A DNA stretch of 64,000 nt, from contig CAWCQK010000004.1 in NCBI GenBank assembly GCA_963797685.1, positions 2,444 to 66,443 on the forward strand. The letters are read 5' to 3'. The DNA comes from an uncultured Chloroflexia bacterium. Its GTDB lineage: Bacteria; Chloroflexota; Limnocylindria; Limnocylindrales; CSP1-4. The translations under genes and the position numbers were made by a program. The notes beneath the pieces were generated by a model. The model saw nothing but the letters and a program-made list of their open reading frames with translations, made no database searches and had not been told where the DNA came from. Positions within the stretch are counted from its first letter, which is position 1. Every line of letters begins with the position of its first letter. Shown in pieces: positions 1 through 10,115 of the stretch.

Positions 1-486
1 GATCACATCGGGAGTACTGCGATCCCGGGGATGGACGCGAAGGATGTCCTCGACATCCAAGTGAGCGTCACGGACTTGGCCGATGCTCAAGAGCACTTCG
101 ACCAACCCCTGCGCGAGTTGGGCTTCGTGGGGTTTCCGATCGGCCGAGACCATGTACCCGCCGGCCGGAGTGATGATCCGGCCCTTTGGGCCAAGCAATT
201 CTGGGCGCGCAGGGGCACCGGTGAGGACGTCAACCTTCACCTCCGGGTGAGCGGATCGCCCAACGAACGCCTTGCTCTTCTGTTCCGGGACTGGATGCGT
301 GCCCACCCGCAGGCGGTCATCGCGTACTCAGCCATCAAGCGATCCCTGGCCGCGGCGATACCCGACATCGACACCTACACGGAGGTGAAGGACCCGATCG
401 TCGACCTGGTGATCGTCACGGCCGAAGAGTGGGCGGTAGAGACAGGGTGGAGCACATCTATCCAACGAGCAGGCGGGCGCTCCTAG
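1..486 (+). CDS. GrpB family protein (N-terminus cut by window edge)
   Basis: Frame 1 is open from base 1. Translation DHIGSTAIPGMDAKDVLDIQV fits the GrpB HIGST-x-VPG-x-AK-x-x-IDI core. The ORF-track entry 31..486 is the in-window portion. Confidence 0.75.
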   Translation, partial: DHIGSTAIPGMDAKDVLDIQVSVTDLADAQEHFDQPLRELGFVGFPIGRDHVPAGRSDDPALWAKQFWARRGTGEDVNLHLRVSGSPNERLALLFRDWMRAHPQAVIAYSAIKRSLAAAIPDIDTYTEVKDPIVDLVIVTAEEWAVETGWSTSIQRAGGRS

Positions 487-489
487 CGG

Positions 490-1054
490 ATGCGGCAGAC
501 TCAGCACATGGTGATCGTGATCACGGGGCCGATCGCAAGTGGCAAGAGCACCGTGGCGCGGGCCTTATTTCACGAGCTCGCCGGACTCGACTTCCGAGCG
601 GCCGTTATCGACCTCGACCTCATCGAAGACATGCTCACTGCGGACGGACCGAAGACTGACCTCGAATCCTGGGCCCTTGCGCGCCGCGCTGCAGCGAGGC
701 TTGCCAACGGTTTTCTTGAGGAGGGGGTCGACGTCGTCATCGCCGACGGTTCATACAACCTGGCGAACGATCAGGGCGGCGTTCGAACAGCACCTCGACC
801 CGAAGGTCAGCCCGCTCTACGTGACGCTCAAGGTCACCTTCGACGAGGCGCTGCGCCGCGCGCAGGGTGATCCGACGCGCGGCGTGTCCCGCGATCCTGC
901 ATTCCTCGCGGGGTACTTCGACGCCGCGACAAAGGCGTCAGGCGAGCTACCGGCGACTGATATCGTCATCGACACTGAGTCGGTTTCGCCGACGGCTGTC
1001 GCCGCCGAGATCGCACGCATCGTCGGCCGAGATAGGCGACTGCTTCTGGGTTAG
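490..1054 (+). pseudogene. P-loop NTPase / AAA-type small-molecule kinase family, split by a frameshift near 774-776
   Basis: Walker A GPIASGKST lies in ORF 490..870. The natural continuation AAFEQHLDPKVSPLYVTLKVTFDEALRRAQGDP...IVIDTESVSP is in the next frame (ORF 539..1054). The join is ...LANDQ|AAFEQ at a GGG run. It could be a consensus error. Confidence 0.7.
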
Positions 1055-1734
1055 CGGCTGGCCTGCGTTCTTGAACAACGTGCGATCATGCGTGCTCCAC
1101 CGCCCATGCACAGCCCTGCATTGCACTGGTGCGGCAACCGATGACCTCCCGCACTGCACCGTCCCGCCGATGAACGGGACCGACGCCGGGCAGATGATCG
1201 TGTCGAAGTCATCGACGGCCTTCCGCGTCGAGACAGGCAGGAGATCTCAGCAGTCATGGCAGCGAACATCCCGACGATCGAAACCACTACAGCCACCAAG
1301 CCGATGCGTGATGCGCGGGTTGACGCCCGCCCAGTCGCTGATCGAGCGGACGATGGTCGCCTTCTTCACAAGATCTACGCGAAGCGACCCGCTCTCGAGA
1401 TCCTCGCGTCGGACCCGTCCCAGGAACGATGACAGCGACCACCTCGGTCATCGGAACTACCGAGTCGACGAGCTCACGCCTACGAGTGCCGACCGGCACA
1501 ACGAGCGCGCTTGACCGAGCACGCGATCCCCGGGACCCGATGAACGGGCCGCGATATCACACCGGTCGTTTCTGCCAGGAGTCCGGCTGCCTTGAGCCAG
1601 CCGGCACGGCGTGGGGACCGCACCGGTGCCAGCACCACAATGCCGAGCAACTCGAGCACATGAGCCGTTCCCTCGCAGATCTCGGCGCCTTGGTCCGGTA
1701 GCTCGCCTCTGCTGACGGTCGGACCGCTCGTGAC

Positions 1735-2166
1735 GTGCGGCTGCCTCGGCTCCGCTACGATCCATCGATGCGCTCCGTCCCCGGATCCCTCGACGGCTCT
1801 CAGGGCACCGCGTACGACGAGTCAGGTCGTCGCGTCGCCAGCTTTGAGATCGATGACCAGCGGCGCGGGGCGGCCGATCCCGTGTACGTCGTCTTCGAGG
1901 AGCGCGACCCGGCCTGGGAGGACCGTCTCGTGGCCGAGGCCGGGCGTGGCCTTCGTGTCTCGCTGGTCTGGGAGAGCGGCGACCGCCTCGATCAGGTCCT
2001 GGTCCTGGAGGCTCGCGTGCCGCGAGCGCGGGATCTCGCGACGACCGTGCTCGATGATCCCGAGATCGGCATCGACCGCGACGATCTCCGGATCCAGTTC
2101 AACGAAGATGACCAGCCGTCGTCCCTCGATGCCGTCGAGTTCGGGATCGACCACCCGGACCTCTAG
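1735..2166 (+). CDS. hypothetical acidic protein (no family recognised)
   Basis: 143-aa ORF with high third-position GC like neighbouring real genes. Start is GTG 1735 or ATG 1768. The overlapping 331-aa minus-strand ORF (1822..2817) is Arg/Gly/Pro-rich shadow. Confidence 0.55.
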   Translation: MRLPRLRYDPSMRSVPGSLDGSQGTAYDESGRRVASFEIDDQRRGAADPVYVVFEERDPAWEDRLVAEAGRGLRVSLVWESGDRLDQVLVLEARVPRARDLATTVLDDPEIGIDRDDLRIQFNEDDQPSSLDAVEFGIDHPDL

Positions 2167-2229
2167 CTGGCCGGGCGTCCTGGAAGCACCGACCTGCCTG
2201 CCCGGGCCCGAGAGGTACTGTGCTCGAGG

Positions 2230-2910
2230 ATGAACGTTCCTGCCGCCGCCGCGATCCGACACCAGGTACCCGAGGATGCCGCCGCCCTCCGCGATGTGAT
2301 AGCCCGGGCCTTCGATACCCAGCCCGGCGTGGTAGGCCTTGAGGAGGCGCTGGCGCAGCGCTCCGACAGCAGCGGATACGTCGCCGTCGTGGATGACCAA
2401 GTGGTCGGGCAGGTGCGGCTCACGCGAGGCTGGATCGACGCGGAGTCGGAACTGGTCGAGGTGCTCTACCTCAGCCCGCTGTCGGTCGCGCCGGAGTGGC
2501 AACGCCGTGGGATCGGCCGGGCGCTGGTGGCCCATGCGGTCCTCGAGGCGAAGCGCGCCGCCGTCCCGGCGATCTTCCTCGAAGGCGACCCCGCCTACTA
2601 CGGTCCACTCGGCTGGAGACCCGCCTCTGAGCTGGGTGTCACGCCCCCGTCCACCCGGATCCCGGAGCCCGCCTGCCAGGCCGTGAAGCTTCCCGGGTGG
2701 CAGCCCTGGATGCGTGGAACGCTCGTCTACGCGGACACGTTCTGGGCGCTCGATTTCGTCGGCCTTCGGGGTGACAGGCTCGCTCGCGCGCGGGCAACCC
2801 TTCGGGCGATGGCACATCCAGCGGCGCGACTGGCGAGCCCGACGCGCAGCGGTAGGTCACGCGCGCCGGTTTGCCCCCAAACCGAAAGCCCTCAGCGCCC
2901 CTTGGAATAG
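2230..2910 (+). CDS. GNAT family N-acetyltransferase (YhbS-like) with a long C-terminal tail
   Basis: Acetyl-CoA loop WQRRGIGRALV and the FLEGDPAYYGPLGW motif typical of YhbS-type GNATs. The tail after about residue 180 is low complexity and overlaps the convergent MBL gene end. Confidence 0.8.
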   Translation: MNVPAAAAIRHQVPEDAAALRDVIARAFDTQPGVVGLEEALAQRSDSSGYVAVVDDQVVGQVRLTRGWIDAESELVEVLYLSPLSVAPEWQRRGIGRALVAHAVLEAKRAAVPAIFLEGDPAYYGPLGWRPASELGVTPPSTRIPEPACQAVKLPGWQPWMRGTLVYADTFWALDFVGLRGDRLARARATLRAMAHPAARLASPTRSGRSRAPVCPQTESPQRPLE

Positions 2911-3791
2911 CCGGTGGCCGTCAGCTTGTCCCAGAGCGAGCCGGCGTTGTTGTTCTGGATGTGATCCATCATGTAGGCCTGCCCGACGTCAACAGGGCCG
3001 AACGCATCGTCGAATCGCACCTTGGCGATCGTCTCCTCGCGGCTCAGGCCCTTCGCGACCGCGTCGGCGACGGCGGCCTTCCAGGCCATCAGCACCGCCC
3101 GCTGGTTCTTGACGTACTCGAGCGTCACGACGGGTCCGTGCCCCGGGACCAGGTAGTCGACGTCCGGCAGCTCCCTGATCCGCTCCAGCGCCTCGAGCCA
3201 CTGGTCGACGTTCGACGTCATCAGCCACGTCTGGACCCCGCTGAAGATCGTGTCGCCGGTGAAGACGACGCGCTCCTCGGGCACGTGGACCGCGAGCTGG
3301 CCGGGGGTGTGGCCGGGCGTCCACAGGCAGTGGAACGTGTGGTCGCCGACTCGCAGCGTCAGGTCGCCGGTGAAGACCACGGTCCCGCGGGGCAGGTTGG
3401 CGTAGTAGACGTCGCGGTCGGGGATCAGGGGCGCGGCCTCGGGGTCGTCGGTCGGGATCGCCTCGAGCGCGTAGGCGAACGGGTCGAGCGCCGCATTCGG
3501 GTCCATGAAGATGTCGTACAGAGCCTGGTGGTTGACGACCTCGCCGGCGTCGCGGAACCACCAGTTGCCGAAGATGTGGTCGACGTGGTTCTCGGTGTTG
3601 ACGAGGTAGCGGATCGGACCGTGCGACTCCGCCTCGGCTCGCATCGCGACCGCCCGTGTCGGCAGCTGCGGGGTGTCGATGACCACGACTCCGTCCGACG
3701 TGGTCACGAAGCTCGGGTTGCAGCCGCGCAGCTTGGTGGTCGTGTAGACGTTGGGCGTGACCTTTTCCAGGTCGAGCGTGGCGGTCGGCAT
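2892..3791 (-). CDS. MBL-fold metallo-hydrolase
   Basis: Internal ATG at 3791 (MPTATLDLEK) preceded by AGGAG. H-x-H-x-D-H motif NTENHVDH and later GHTPG and HG motifs. The upstream part of ORF 2892..4256 is Arg-rich non-coding read-through. Confidence 0.85.
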   Translation of the reverse strand: MPTATLDLEKVTPNVYTTTKLRGCNPSFVTTSDGVVVIDTPQLPTRAVAMRAEAESHGPIRYLVNTENHVDHIFGNWWFRDAGEVVNHQALYDIFMDPNAALDPFAYALEAIPTDDPEAAPLIPDRDVYYANLPRGTVVFTGDLTLRVGDHTFHCLWTPGHTPGQLAVHVPEERVVFTGDTIFSGVQTWLMTSNVDQWLEALERIRELPDVDYLVPGHGPVVTLEYVKNQRAVLMAWKAAVADAVAKGLSREETIAKVRFDDAFGPVDVGQAYMMDHIQNNNAGSLWDKLTATGYSKGR

Positions 3792-3811
3792 CGGTCGCTC
3801 CTGGGCTATCG

Positions 3812-4597
3812 CTATTGCGTCGCGGTGAGGCCGCCATCGATGCCGAGCACCTGCCCGGTCACGAACGACGCGGCGTCGGAGACGAGGAAGATCGCGGGTC
3901 CGACGAGGTCGTCGAGCTCTCCGATGCGGCGGAGTGGGATCCGGTTGACGATGCCGGCCTTGAAGTCGGGATCGCCGAGGAGCGTCGCGACCTGAGGCGT
4001 GTCGACGAATGTCGGCATCATCGCGTTGACCCGGATGCCGTGCTTGGCCCACTCCGTCGCCCACTGGCGGGTCAGCGAGGCGATCGCGCCCTTGGCGGCG
4101 ACGTAGGCCGAATACCCGGCGTTGATCCCGAGGACCGCACGCACGGACGTGATGTTGAGGATCGCGCCGGGCCGGCCGGCCTCGATCATCGTCCGGGCGG
4201 CGACCTGGGTCGGAAGGAGGGTGCTCCGGACGTTCAGCTCCATGATCCAGTCCCACGCGTCGCGCGGGTAGGCCTCGGCCGGGTGGAGGACCTCGCCGGC
4301 GCCGCCACCGACCGCGTTGACCACGATGTCGACCTTGCCGAAGCGGTCGATGGTCTCGGCGACGAGCCGCTCGCAGTCGTCCTCGCGCGTGACGTCCGCG
4401 GTGATCGCGAGACCCTCGGAACCGGCGGCCATGACGCGGTCGACGGCCGACTGGAGCGTCTCCGGGGTCCGACCGGCGACCGCGACCTTCGCCCCGGCAC
4501 CCGCCAGCGCCTCGGCGATCGCCGACCCGATCGCACCGCCGCCGCCCGAGACCAGGGCCACGCGTCCGTCGAGGCTGAAGATGTCGAGCTGGGTCAT
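3812..4597 (-). CDS. SDR family oxidoreductase
   Basis: MTQLDIFSLDGRVALVSGGGGAIGSAIA (TGxxxGxG-type Rossmann), YSAYVAAKGA catalytic Y-x-x-x-K, C-terminal GQVLGIDGG. Confidence 0.9.
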   Translation of the reverse strand: MTQLDIFSLDGRVALVSGGGGAIGSAIAEALAGAGAKVAVAGRTPETLQSAVDRVMAAGSEGLAITADVTREDDCERLVAETIDRFGKVDIVVNAVGGGAGEVLHPAEAYPRDAWDWIMELNVRSTLLPTQVAARTMIEAGRPGAILNITSVRAVLGINAGYSAYVAAKGAIASLTRQWATEWAKHGIRVNAMMPTFVDTPQVATLLGDPDFKAGIVNRIPLRRIGELDDLVGPAIFLVSDAASFVTGQVLGIDGGLTATQ

Positions 4598-4616
4598 CCG
4601 GCGCGTCCTCTGATGA

Positions 4617-4627
4617 TCGATTATCGA
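4617..4627. promoter_or_regulatory. Palindrome TCGAT-T-ATCGA in the AT-rich divergent promoter region between the SDR and DapA-family genes
   Basis: Read directly: tgatgaTCGATTATCGAagatgattc, flanked by a GATGAT direct repeat. It sits in the only AT-rich patch (about 4611-4660) between two divergent starts. Confidence 0.35.
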
Positions 4628-4699
4628 AGATGATTCTGCCACACGGGTCTTAAGATTGGACCGACCGACGCGCCCCGCGACCACCCTGCAGGAGCCGCA

Positions 4700-5638
4700 A
4701 TGAGCCTGAACCTCGACGGATTGATCCCGGCGACCGTGCTGCCGATGCACGAGGACGGCCAGATCGACGAGCCCGCGCTCCGCTCCTACATCTCTTGGGT
4801 GGCAGGGCAGGGGCCGGTGGCGTTGGCGATCAACGTCGACACCGGCGAGGGGCCGCACCTGACGCACGACGAGAAGGTCCGCGTGCTGGGGATCGTGCGC
4901 GACGTCACGGACCTGCCGATCGTCGCGGGGCTGGCCGGGCCGTCGACGGACGCGGCCGTGCGCCAGGCACGTGACTTCAAGGCGGCCGGCGCCGATGCGC
5001 TCCTGGTCTTCCCGATCCCGGCCTACCTGAGCGAGCCGCTCGACGTGCGCGTGCCGGTCCGATACCACGAGGCGATCGCCGACGTCGGGCTGCCGATGAT
5101 CCTGTTCCAGCTCCAGCCGGCCCTCGCCGGGCTCAACTTCGCGCCCGACACGCTTCGGGCGATGGCTGCGGTCGAGGGGGTCGTGGCGATCAAGGAGGCC
5201 TCGTTCGATGCCCGCCGGTTCGTGGACACGGCCCGGCTCATCGCCGACCTGCCACGGCCGATCACGCTCCTGACCGGCAACGACAACTTCATCCTCGAGT
5301 CGTTCATGCTCGGCGCGACCGGCGCGCTCATCGGCTTCGGGGCGGTGATGACCCGCGAGCAGGTCGACATGATCAAGGCGTGGCAGGACGGTCGCATCGA
5401 GGACGCCCGGAGCCTCGGACGGCGCGTCCAGCGCCTCGCGGACGTCGTCTTCGCCGCGCCGGTCGGGGACTACCGCGTGCGGCTCAAGGAGTGCCTGCGG
5501 ATCCTGGGCGTTCTCGAGAACGCACATGTCCGCCGGCCGTTGATGCCGCTCGGTGACGCCGAGCGCGCACATCTGGCCGACGTGCTGACCGAGGTCGGGC
5601 TGTTGCGCGAGTCCGTCACGTCTGCGGCGCGAGGCTAG
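4700..5638 (+). CDS. dihydrodipicolinate synthase / N-acetylneuraminate lyase family aldolase
   Basis: 312 aa, GGAG 5 nt upstream of the start. Family hallmarks GEGPHLTHDEK and the Schiff-base lysine context VVAIKEAS. Confidence 0.85.
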   Translation: MSLNLDGLIPATVLPMHEDGQIDEPALRSYISWVAGQGPVALAINVDTGEGPHLTHDEKVRVLGIVRDVTDLPIVAGLAGPSTDAAVRQARDFKAAGADALLVFPIPAYLSEPLDVRVPVRYHEAIADVGLPMILFQLQPALAGLNFAPDTLRAMAAVEGVVAIKEASFDARRFVDTARLIADLPRPITLLTGNDNFILESFMLGATGALIGFGAVMTREQVDMIKAWQDGRIEDARSLGRRVQRLADVVFAAPVGDYRVRLKECLRILGVLENAHVRRPLMPLGDAERAHLADVLTEVGLLRESVTSAARG

Positions 5639-5640
5639 AC

Positions 5641-6024
5641 ATGCCACGCGACCCGAACATCCCGGCCGCGTTCGACGTCTACACGTTGGTGCTCCTGCGG
5701 CGTCCGCCGGATGCGCCCCAGATGTCGGAGTCCGAGATCGGCAGGCTCCAGTCCGAGCACCTCGCCTACCGCGCCGAGCTGCGTCGGCGAGGGGTCCTCG
5801 TCGTCAACGGGCCGATGGCCGCGCAGTCCGACGTTTCCCTGCGAGGCATCTCGATCTTCACCTGCGGCCTCGAGGAGGCTGCGCGGCTCAACGACGTCGA
5901 TCCGCTGGTCCTCGTCGGCCGGCTGTCGTACGACGTGATGGAGTGGTGGGTGCCGGCCGGCACGCTGGCATTCCCGGACTGGCCGGAGCCGGTCGGCGAC
6001 CGCCGGTCGATGCCCGGCGTCTAG
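5641..6024 (+). CDS. YciI-like (dimeric alpha-beta barrel) family protein
   Basis: 127 aa. The pattern H-x-x-Y...G-x-L...GP...DP...G fits YCII-related domains. It starts 2 nt after the upstream stop. Confidence 0.5.
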   Translation: MPRDPNIPAAFDVYTLVLLRRPPDAPQMSESEIGRLQSEHLAYRAELRRRGVLVVNGPMAAQSDVSLRGISIFTCGLEEAARLNDVDPLVLVGRLSYDVMEWWVPAGTLAFPDWPEPVGDRRSMPGV

Positions 6025-6034
6025 CAGGCCCGGG

Positions 6035-6427
6035 ATGAACTCCGGAGAGCATCCGAATGTTGCGGCGTATCAGAGGACGGTCGATGCATTCCGGGCTCGC
6101 GACTTCGATGTCGTCCGGTCACTCGTCGCGGAGGACGTCGTCTGGCACGTGCCGGGTGAGAGTCCGATGGCAGGTGAGGTCCGTGGTCTCGATGAGCTCG
6201 TCGCCTGGCTCGGTGGACTAGGCGCGCTCGGCTTCACCATCCGCGAGCACGACGTGTTCGGCAACGACGAGCACGTCTGCGCGTTGAGCTATATCGGCGC
6301 CCAGCGACCAGGAGTGGACGTCGAGATCCGAGTGACGAGCGTCTTCCATTTCCGCGACGGTCAGCAGGTCGAGCGGTGGTTCTACCCCGAGGACATGGCC
6401 GCCTGGAACGCTATCTTCACAAGCTGA
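6035..6427 (+). CDS. SnoaL-like / NTF2-fold protein
   Basis: 130 aa. AFRARDFDVVRSLVAEDVVWHVPG and FHFRDGQQVERW are typical SnoaL/NTF2-like segments. Confidence 0.7.
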   Translation: MNSGEHPNVAAYQRTVDAFRARDFDVVRSLVAEDVVWHVPGESPMAGEVRGLDELVAWLGGLGALGFTIREHDVFGNDEHVCALSYIGAQRPGVDVEIRVTSVFHFRDGQQVERWFYPEDMAAWNAIFTS

Positions 6428-6501
6428 CGGGGGCCTGCGAGGCGGCGTAGAAAAGGCTTACTATCGGCCCCTCACCACCGACTTCGAGCGGAGGGCCAGC
6501 G

Positions 6502-8116
6502 TTGACGGCGGAACCCGCGGACGTCCTGATCATCGGTGCCGGCGCGTCCGGTGGTGTGGTGGCCCTTCGTCTCGCCCAGGCCGGTTTCAAGGTCGTCTGC
6601 CTCGAGCAAGGGGAGTGGCTCGACCGGGCCGACTACCCCGGCAACAAGCTCGACTGGGAGCTCAAGGCGCGCAAGGACTGGGCGACCAGCCCGAACATCC
6701 GCGGCCTCGCCCAGGACTATCCGATCGTCGAGGACGACACCCCCGTCTCGCCGCTGATGTACAACGCGGTCGGAGGGTCCACGATCATCTTCGCCGGCGC
6801 CTGGCCGCGGGCGCTGCCGTCGGACTTCCGGGTGCGCTCGCTCGATGGCGTCGCCGACGACTGGCCGATCGATTACTTCGAGCTGCTGCCGTACTTCTAC
6901 CGGACCGACCGCCAGTTCGGCGTGTCGGGGCTGCCGGGCGACCCGGCCTACCCGCCCGATGCCGAGGACGCGCCGATGCCGCCGCTGCCGATCGGGTCGG
7001 CCGGGCTCAAGGTCGCGCGCGGGCATGACCAAGCTCGGCTGGCACTGGTGGCCCGAGTTCAACTCGATCAACTCGGTCGCCTACGACGGCCGCCGGCCGT
7101 GCGTCCAGCGCAGCACCTGCCAGTCGGGCTGCAACGAGGGCGCCAAGGCGTCGACCGACCTGACCCACTGGCCGAAGGCGATCGCGCTTGGGGCGAGGCT
7201 CGTGACCGGCGCCCGCGTCCGCAAGATCGAGACCGACGCGCGCGGTCTCGCCACCGGCGCCACCTGGATCGACGCGGACGGTCGCGAGCACTTCGAGCCG
7301 GCGACGGTCGTCGTCGTCGCGGCCAACGCGATCGGCACGCCCCGGCTGCTGCTGCTGTCGGCCAGCCCCACGCATCCGGATGGGCTCGCCAACTCGTCGG
7401 GCGTCGTCGGAACGCGGCTGATGATGCATCCCTTCGCCAACGTCGCCGGCCTGTTCGAGGAACCGTTGATGAGCTGGGCCGGCCAGTTCGGCGACCTCAT
7501 CGAGTCGCTCGAGTTCTACGAGACCGACGAGAAGCGCGGCTTCGTCCGCGGCGCCCGCTGGGGGCTCGCGCCGACCGGCGGCCCGATCAACACGGCGCTC
7601 CCGAGTCGCGCCGGCGAGCAGATCTGGGGTCCGGAGCACCATGCCCACGTCCGCACGCATCTGGGCCACGGGGCCAACTGGGGCCTGTTCGCCGAGGACC
7701 TGCCCGACCCGTCGAACCGCGTGACGCTGTCCGGGTCGGTCACCGATTCGTCCGGTCTCCCGGCGCCCGAGATCCACTACGCGATGGCCGACAACGCGCG
7801 GCGGATGCTCGACTTCCACATCGAGCGCGCGACCGAGTCGATGGAGGCCGCCGGCGCGTACAAGATCGAGGTCGACCGGTTGATGCGATATTCCGGCTGG
7901 CATCTCCTCGGCACCGCCCGGATGGGCGACGACCCGAAGACGTCCGTGGTGGACCGCTGGAACCGCGCCCATGACGTCCCGAACCTGTACGTCGTCGACG
8001 GGTCGTGCTTCGTCACGTCGACGGGGGTGAACCCGACATCGACGATCGTGTCGATCGCGCTGCGCGCCGCCGACCACATGATCGAGACTCGGTTCGAGCA
8101 GCAGGTGCCGGTATGA
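6502..8116 (+). pseudogene. GMC family FAD oxidoreductase (gluconate 2-dehydrogenase flavoprotein-like), frameshift near 7021-7026
   Basis: TTG start with GGAGGG upstream. N-terminal DVLIIGAGASGG FAD fold in ORF 6502..7974. From ...GLKVARG the conserved continuation MTKLGWHWWPEFNSINSVAYDGRRPCVQRSTCQSGCNEGAKAS...GTARMG...VVDGS is in the next frame (ORF 6845..8116). One extra base lies in gcgcgGGGcatg. Confidence 0.85.
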
Positions 8117-8640
8117 CCTCCGACACTCTCGTCAGCATCGACGTCGGCGAGAAGGCCACCCTGCGCGCCGTGGCCGAGAGGCTGATCCCGGCGGCGGACG
8201 GGATGCCCTCCGCGGCCGAGGTCCTGACGGACGATCGGCTGCGGTTCGTGCTGAACGCCCGGCCCGATCTGGTGGGCCAGCTCCGGGCGGCGCTCCGCCC
8301 CGAGCTTGGCGATGACGTCCAGGCGCGCCTCGACACCCTCGGTCGCGACGAGCCGACGAACCTCGGCGCGCTCCAGCTGGTGATCGTCGGCGGCTACTAC
8401 ACGGACAGCGGGGTGCGTGACGGCATCGGCTATCCGGGCCAGGTCGCGCTGACCCTCCGCTCGTGGGAGGTCCCCGCCTACATCGATGAAGGCCTGATCG
8501 ACGCCGTGCTCGCGCGCGGCCCGGTCTGGCGCGACCCGGCGACCGGCACGCGAGCGGTCGTCACGGACGCACCGAGGACGTATGCGGAGCGGTTCGCCGC
8601 CCCGCCCGAAGGAGACAGCGATGGCCACCACGGCACCTGA
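8113..8640 (+). CDS. gluconate 2-dehydrogenase subunit 3-like small subunit
   Basis: ATG overlaps the GMC stop (ATGA). AERLIPAADGMPSAAEV matches the small-subunit family usually encoded next to this GMC flavoprotein type. Confidence 0.65.
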   Translation: MTSDTLVSIDVGEKATLRAVAERLIPAADGMPSAAEVLTDDRLRFVLNARPDLVGQLRAALRPELGDDVQARLDTLGRDEPTNLGALQLVIVGGYYTDSGVRDGIGYPGQVALTLRSWEVPAYIDEGLIDAVLARGPVWRDPATGTRAVVTDAPRTYAERFAAPPEGDSDGHHGT

Positions 8641-10096
8641 GACCACGCACGCCGGCTGGCTGGACCCGTTCCTTGCCGACTGGCGGCCCGGCACGGGTGA
8701 ACCACGCGAGACGCGCGAACCCGCGACCGGCCGGCCGTTGCTGACCCTGCCGCAGTCCACGCCGGAGGATGTCGCGCGCGCCGCCGCAACGGCCGCTGCC
8801 GCCCAGCCGGCCTGGGCCGACACGAGCTATGCCGAGCGAGCCGCGGTCCTGCGCCGCGCCGCCGAGATCTACGAGGCGCACCGCCCGGAGTTCGGGACGT
8901 GGACCCAGCGGGAGACGGGCGCGGTCCACGGCAAGATGCACCACGAGCAGAACTTCGCGGCAGGCGAGATCAACGCCGCGGCGACCATGCCGTTCCAGCC
9001 CTACGGCCAGCTGGTCCCGAGCGTCGTGCCCGGACGGCTGTCGATGCTGCGCCGCGTCCCGGCCGGGGTCATCGGCGCGATCACGCCCTGGAACTCACCG
9101 ACCGTGCTCGGGATGAGGGTCGTCGCGCCGGCCCTTGCGCTCGGCAACGCCGTCATCCTCAAGCCCGATCCCCAGACCGCGGTCTGCGGCGGCGCCGTGT
9201 TCGAGGCGGTCTTCCGCGAAGCCGGGCTGCCCGAAGGGTTGCTCCACATCGTCCTCGGTGGCGCCGAGGTGGGTGAGGCGATCGTCACGGACCCGAACGT
9301 GAACCGGGTCTCGTTCACCGGCTCGACGGCGGCGGGACGTCGCGTCGGGACGCTGGCGGGTCAGCTGCTCAAGCGTGTCAGCCTCGAACTTGGTGGCAAC
9401 AACGCGTTCGTCGTGCTCGACGACGCGGACCTCGAGGCGGCCGCGTCAGCTGGGGCGTTCGCCTCGTTCCAGTTCCAGGGCCAGGTGTGCTTCGCGACCG
9501 GCCGGCACATCGTCCATCGCAGCATCGCCCCGGCCTACATCGATCTCCTCGCCGAGAAGGCGGGGCGGATCCGCCTCGGCGACCCGTACCGCGAGGACGT
9601 CGACCTCGGACCTATCGTCAACCAGAAGCAGCTCGAGCGGGTGGACGGGATCGTCCGTCGCTCGGTCGACGCCGGCGCCACGGTCGTCGTCGGCGGCACG
9701 CACGACGGCCTCTTCTACCGCCCGACCGTCCTGACGGACGTTACCGCCGACCACGCTGCCTGGCGCGAGGAGATCTTCGGCCCGGTCGCGCCGGTCGTGA
9801 CCTTCGACACAGATGACGAGGCGCTCGCGCTTGCCAACGACAGCGAATACGGGCTGACCGGCGCCGTCTATTCGAACTCGATCTCGCGTGGCCTCGCGCT
9901 CGCGCAGCGGCTCCGCTCGGGGATGGTCCACGTCAACGACCAGACCGTGAACGACGAGGCGACCATCCCGTTCGGTGGGATGGGCGCGTCAGGCAACGGC
10001 GCGCGATTCGGTGGCCCGGCGAACTGGGACGAGTTCACCGAGTGGCAATGGGTCACCGTGCGCGAGGATCCGCGCTCGTACCCCTACCCGTACTGA
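8621..10096 (+). CDS. NAD(P)-dependent aldehyde dehydrogenase
   Basis: GAAGGAG 6 nt before ATG 8621. ALDH motifs ITPWNSP, FTGSTAAG, ELGGNNAF, catalytic-Cys region FQGQVCFATGR, EEIFGPV. Confidence 0.93.
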   Translation: MATTAPETTHAGWLDPFLADWRPGTGEPRETREPATGRPLLTLPQSTPEDVARAAATAAAAQPAWADTSYAERAAVLRRAAEIYEAHRPEFGTWTQRETGAVHGKMHHEQNFAAGEINAAATMPFQPYGQLVPSVVPGRLSMLRRVPAGVIGAITPWNSPTVLGMRVVAPALALGNAVILKPDPQTAVCGGAVFEAVFREAGLPEGLLHIVLGGAEVGEAIVTDPNVNRVSFTGSTAAGRRVGTLAGQLLKRVSLELGGNNAFVVLDDADLEAAASAGAFASFQFQGQVCFATGRHIVHRSIAPAYIDLLAEKAGRIRLGDPYREDVDLGPIVNQKQLERVDGIVRRSVDAGATVVVGGTHDGLFYRPTVLTDVTADHAAWREEIFGPVAPVVTFDTDDEALALANDSEYGLTGAVYSNSISRGLALAQRLRSGMVHVNDQTVNDEATIPFGGMGASGNGARFGGPANWDEFTEWQWVTVREDPRSYPYPY

Positions 10097-10115
10097 GCGG
10101 GGTCGCGCGTCGCTG

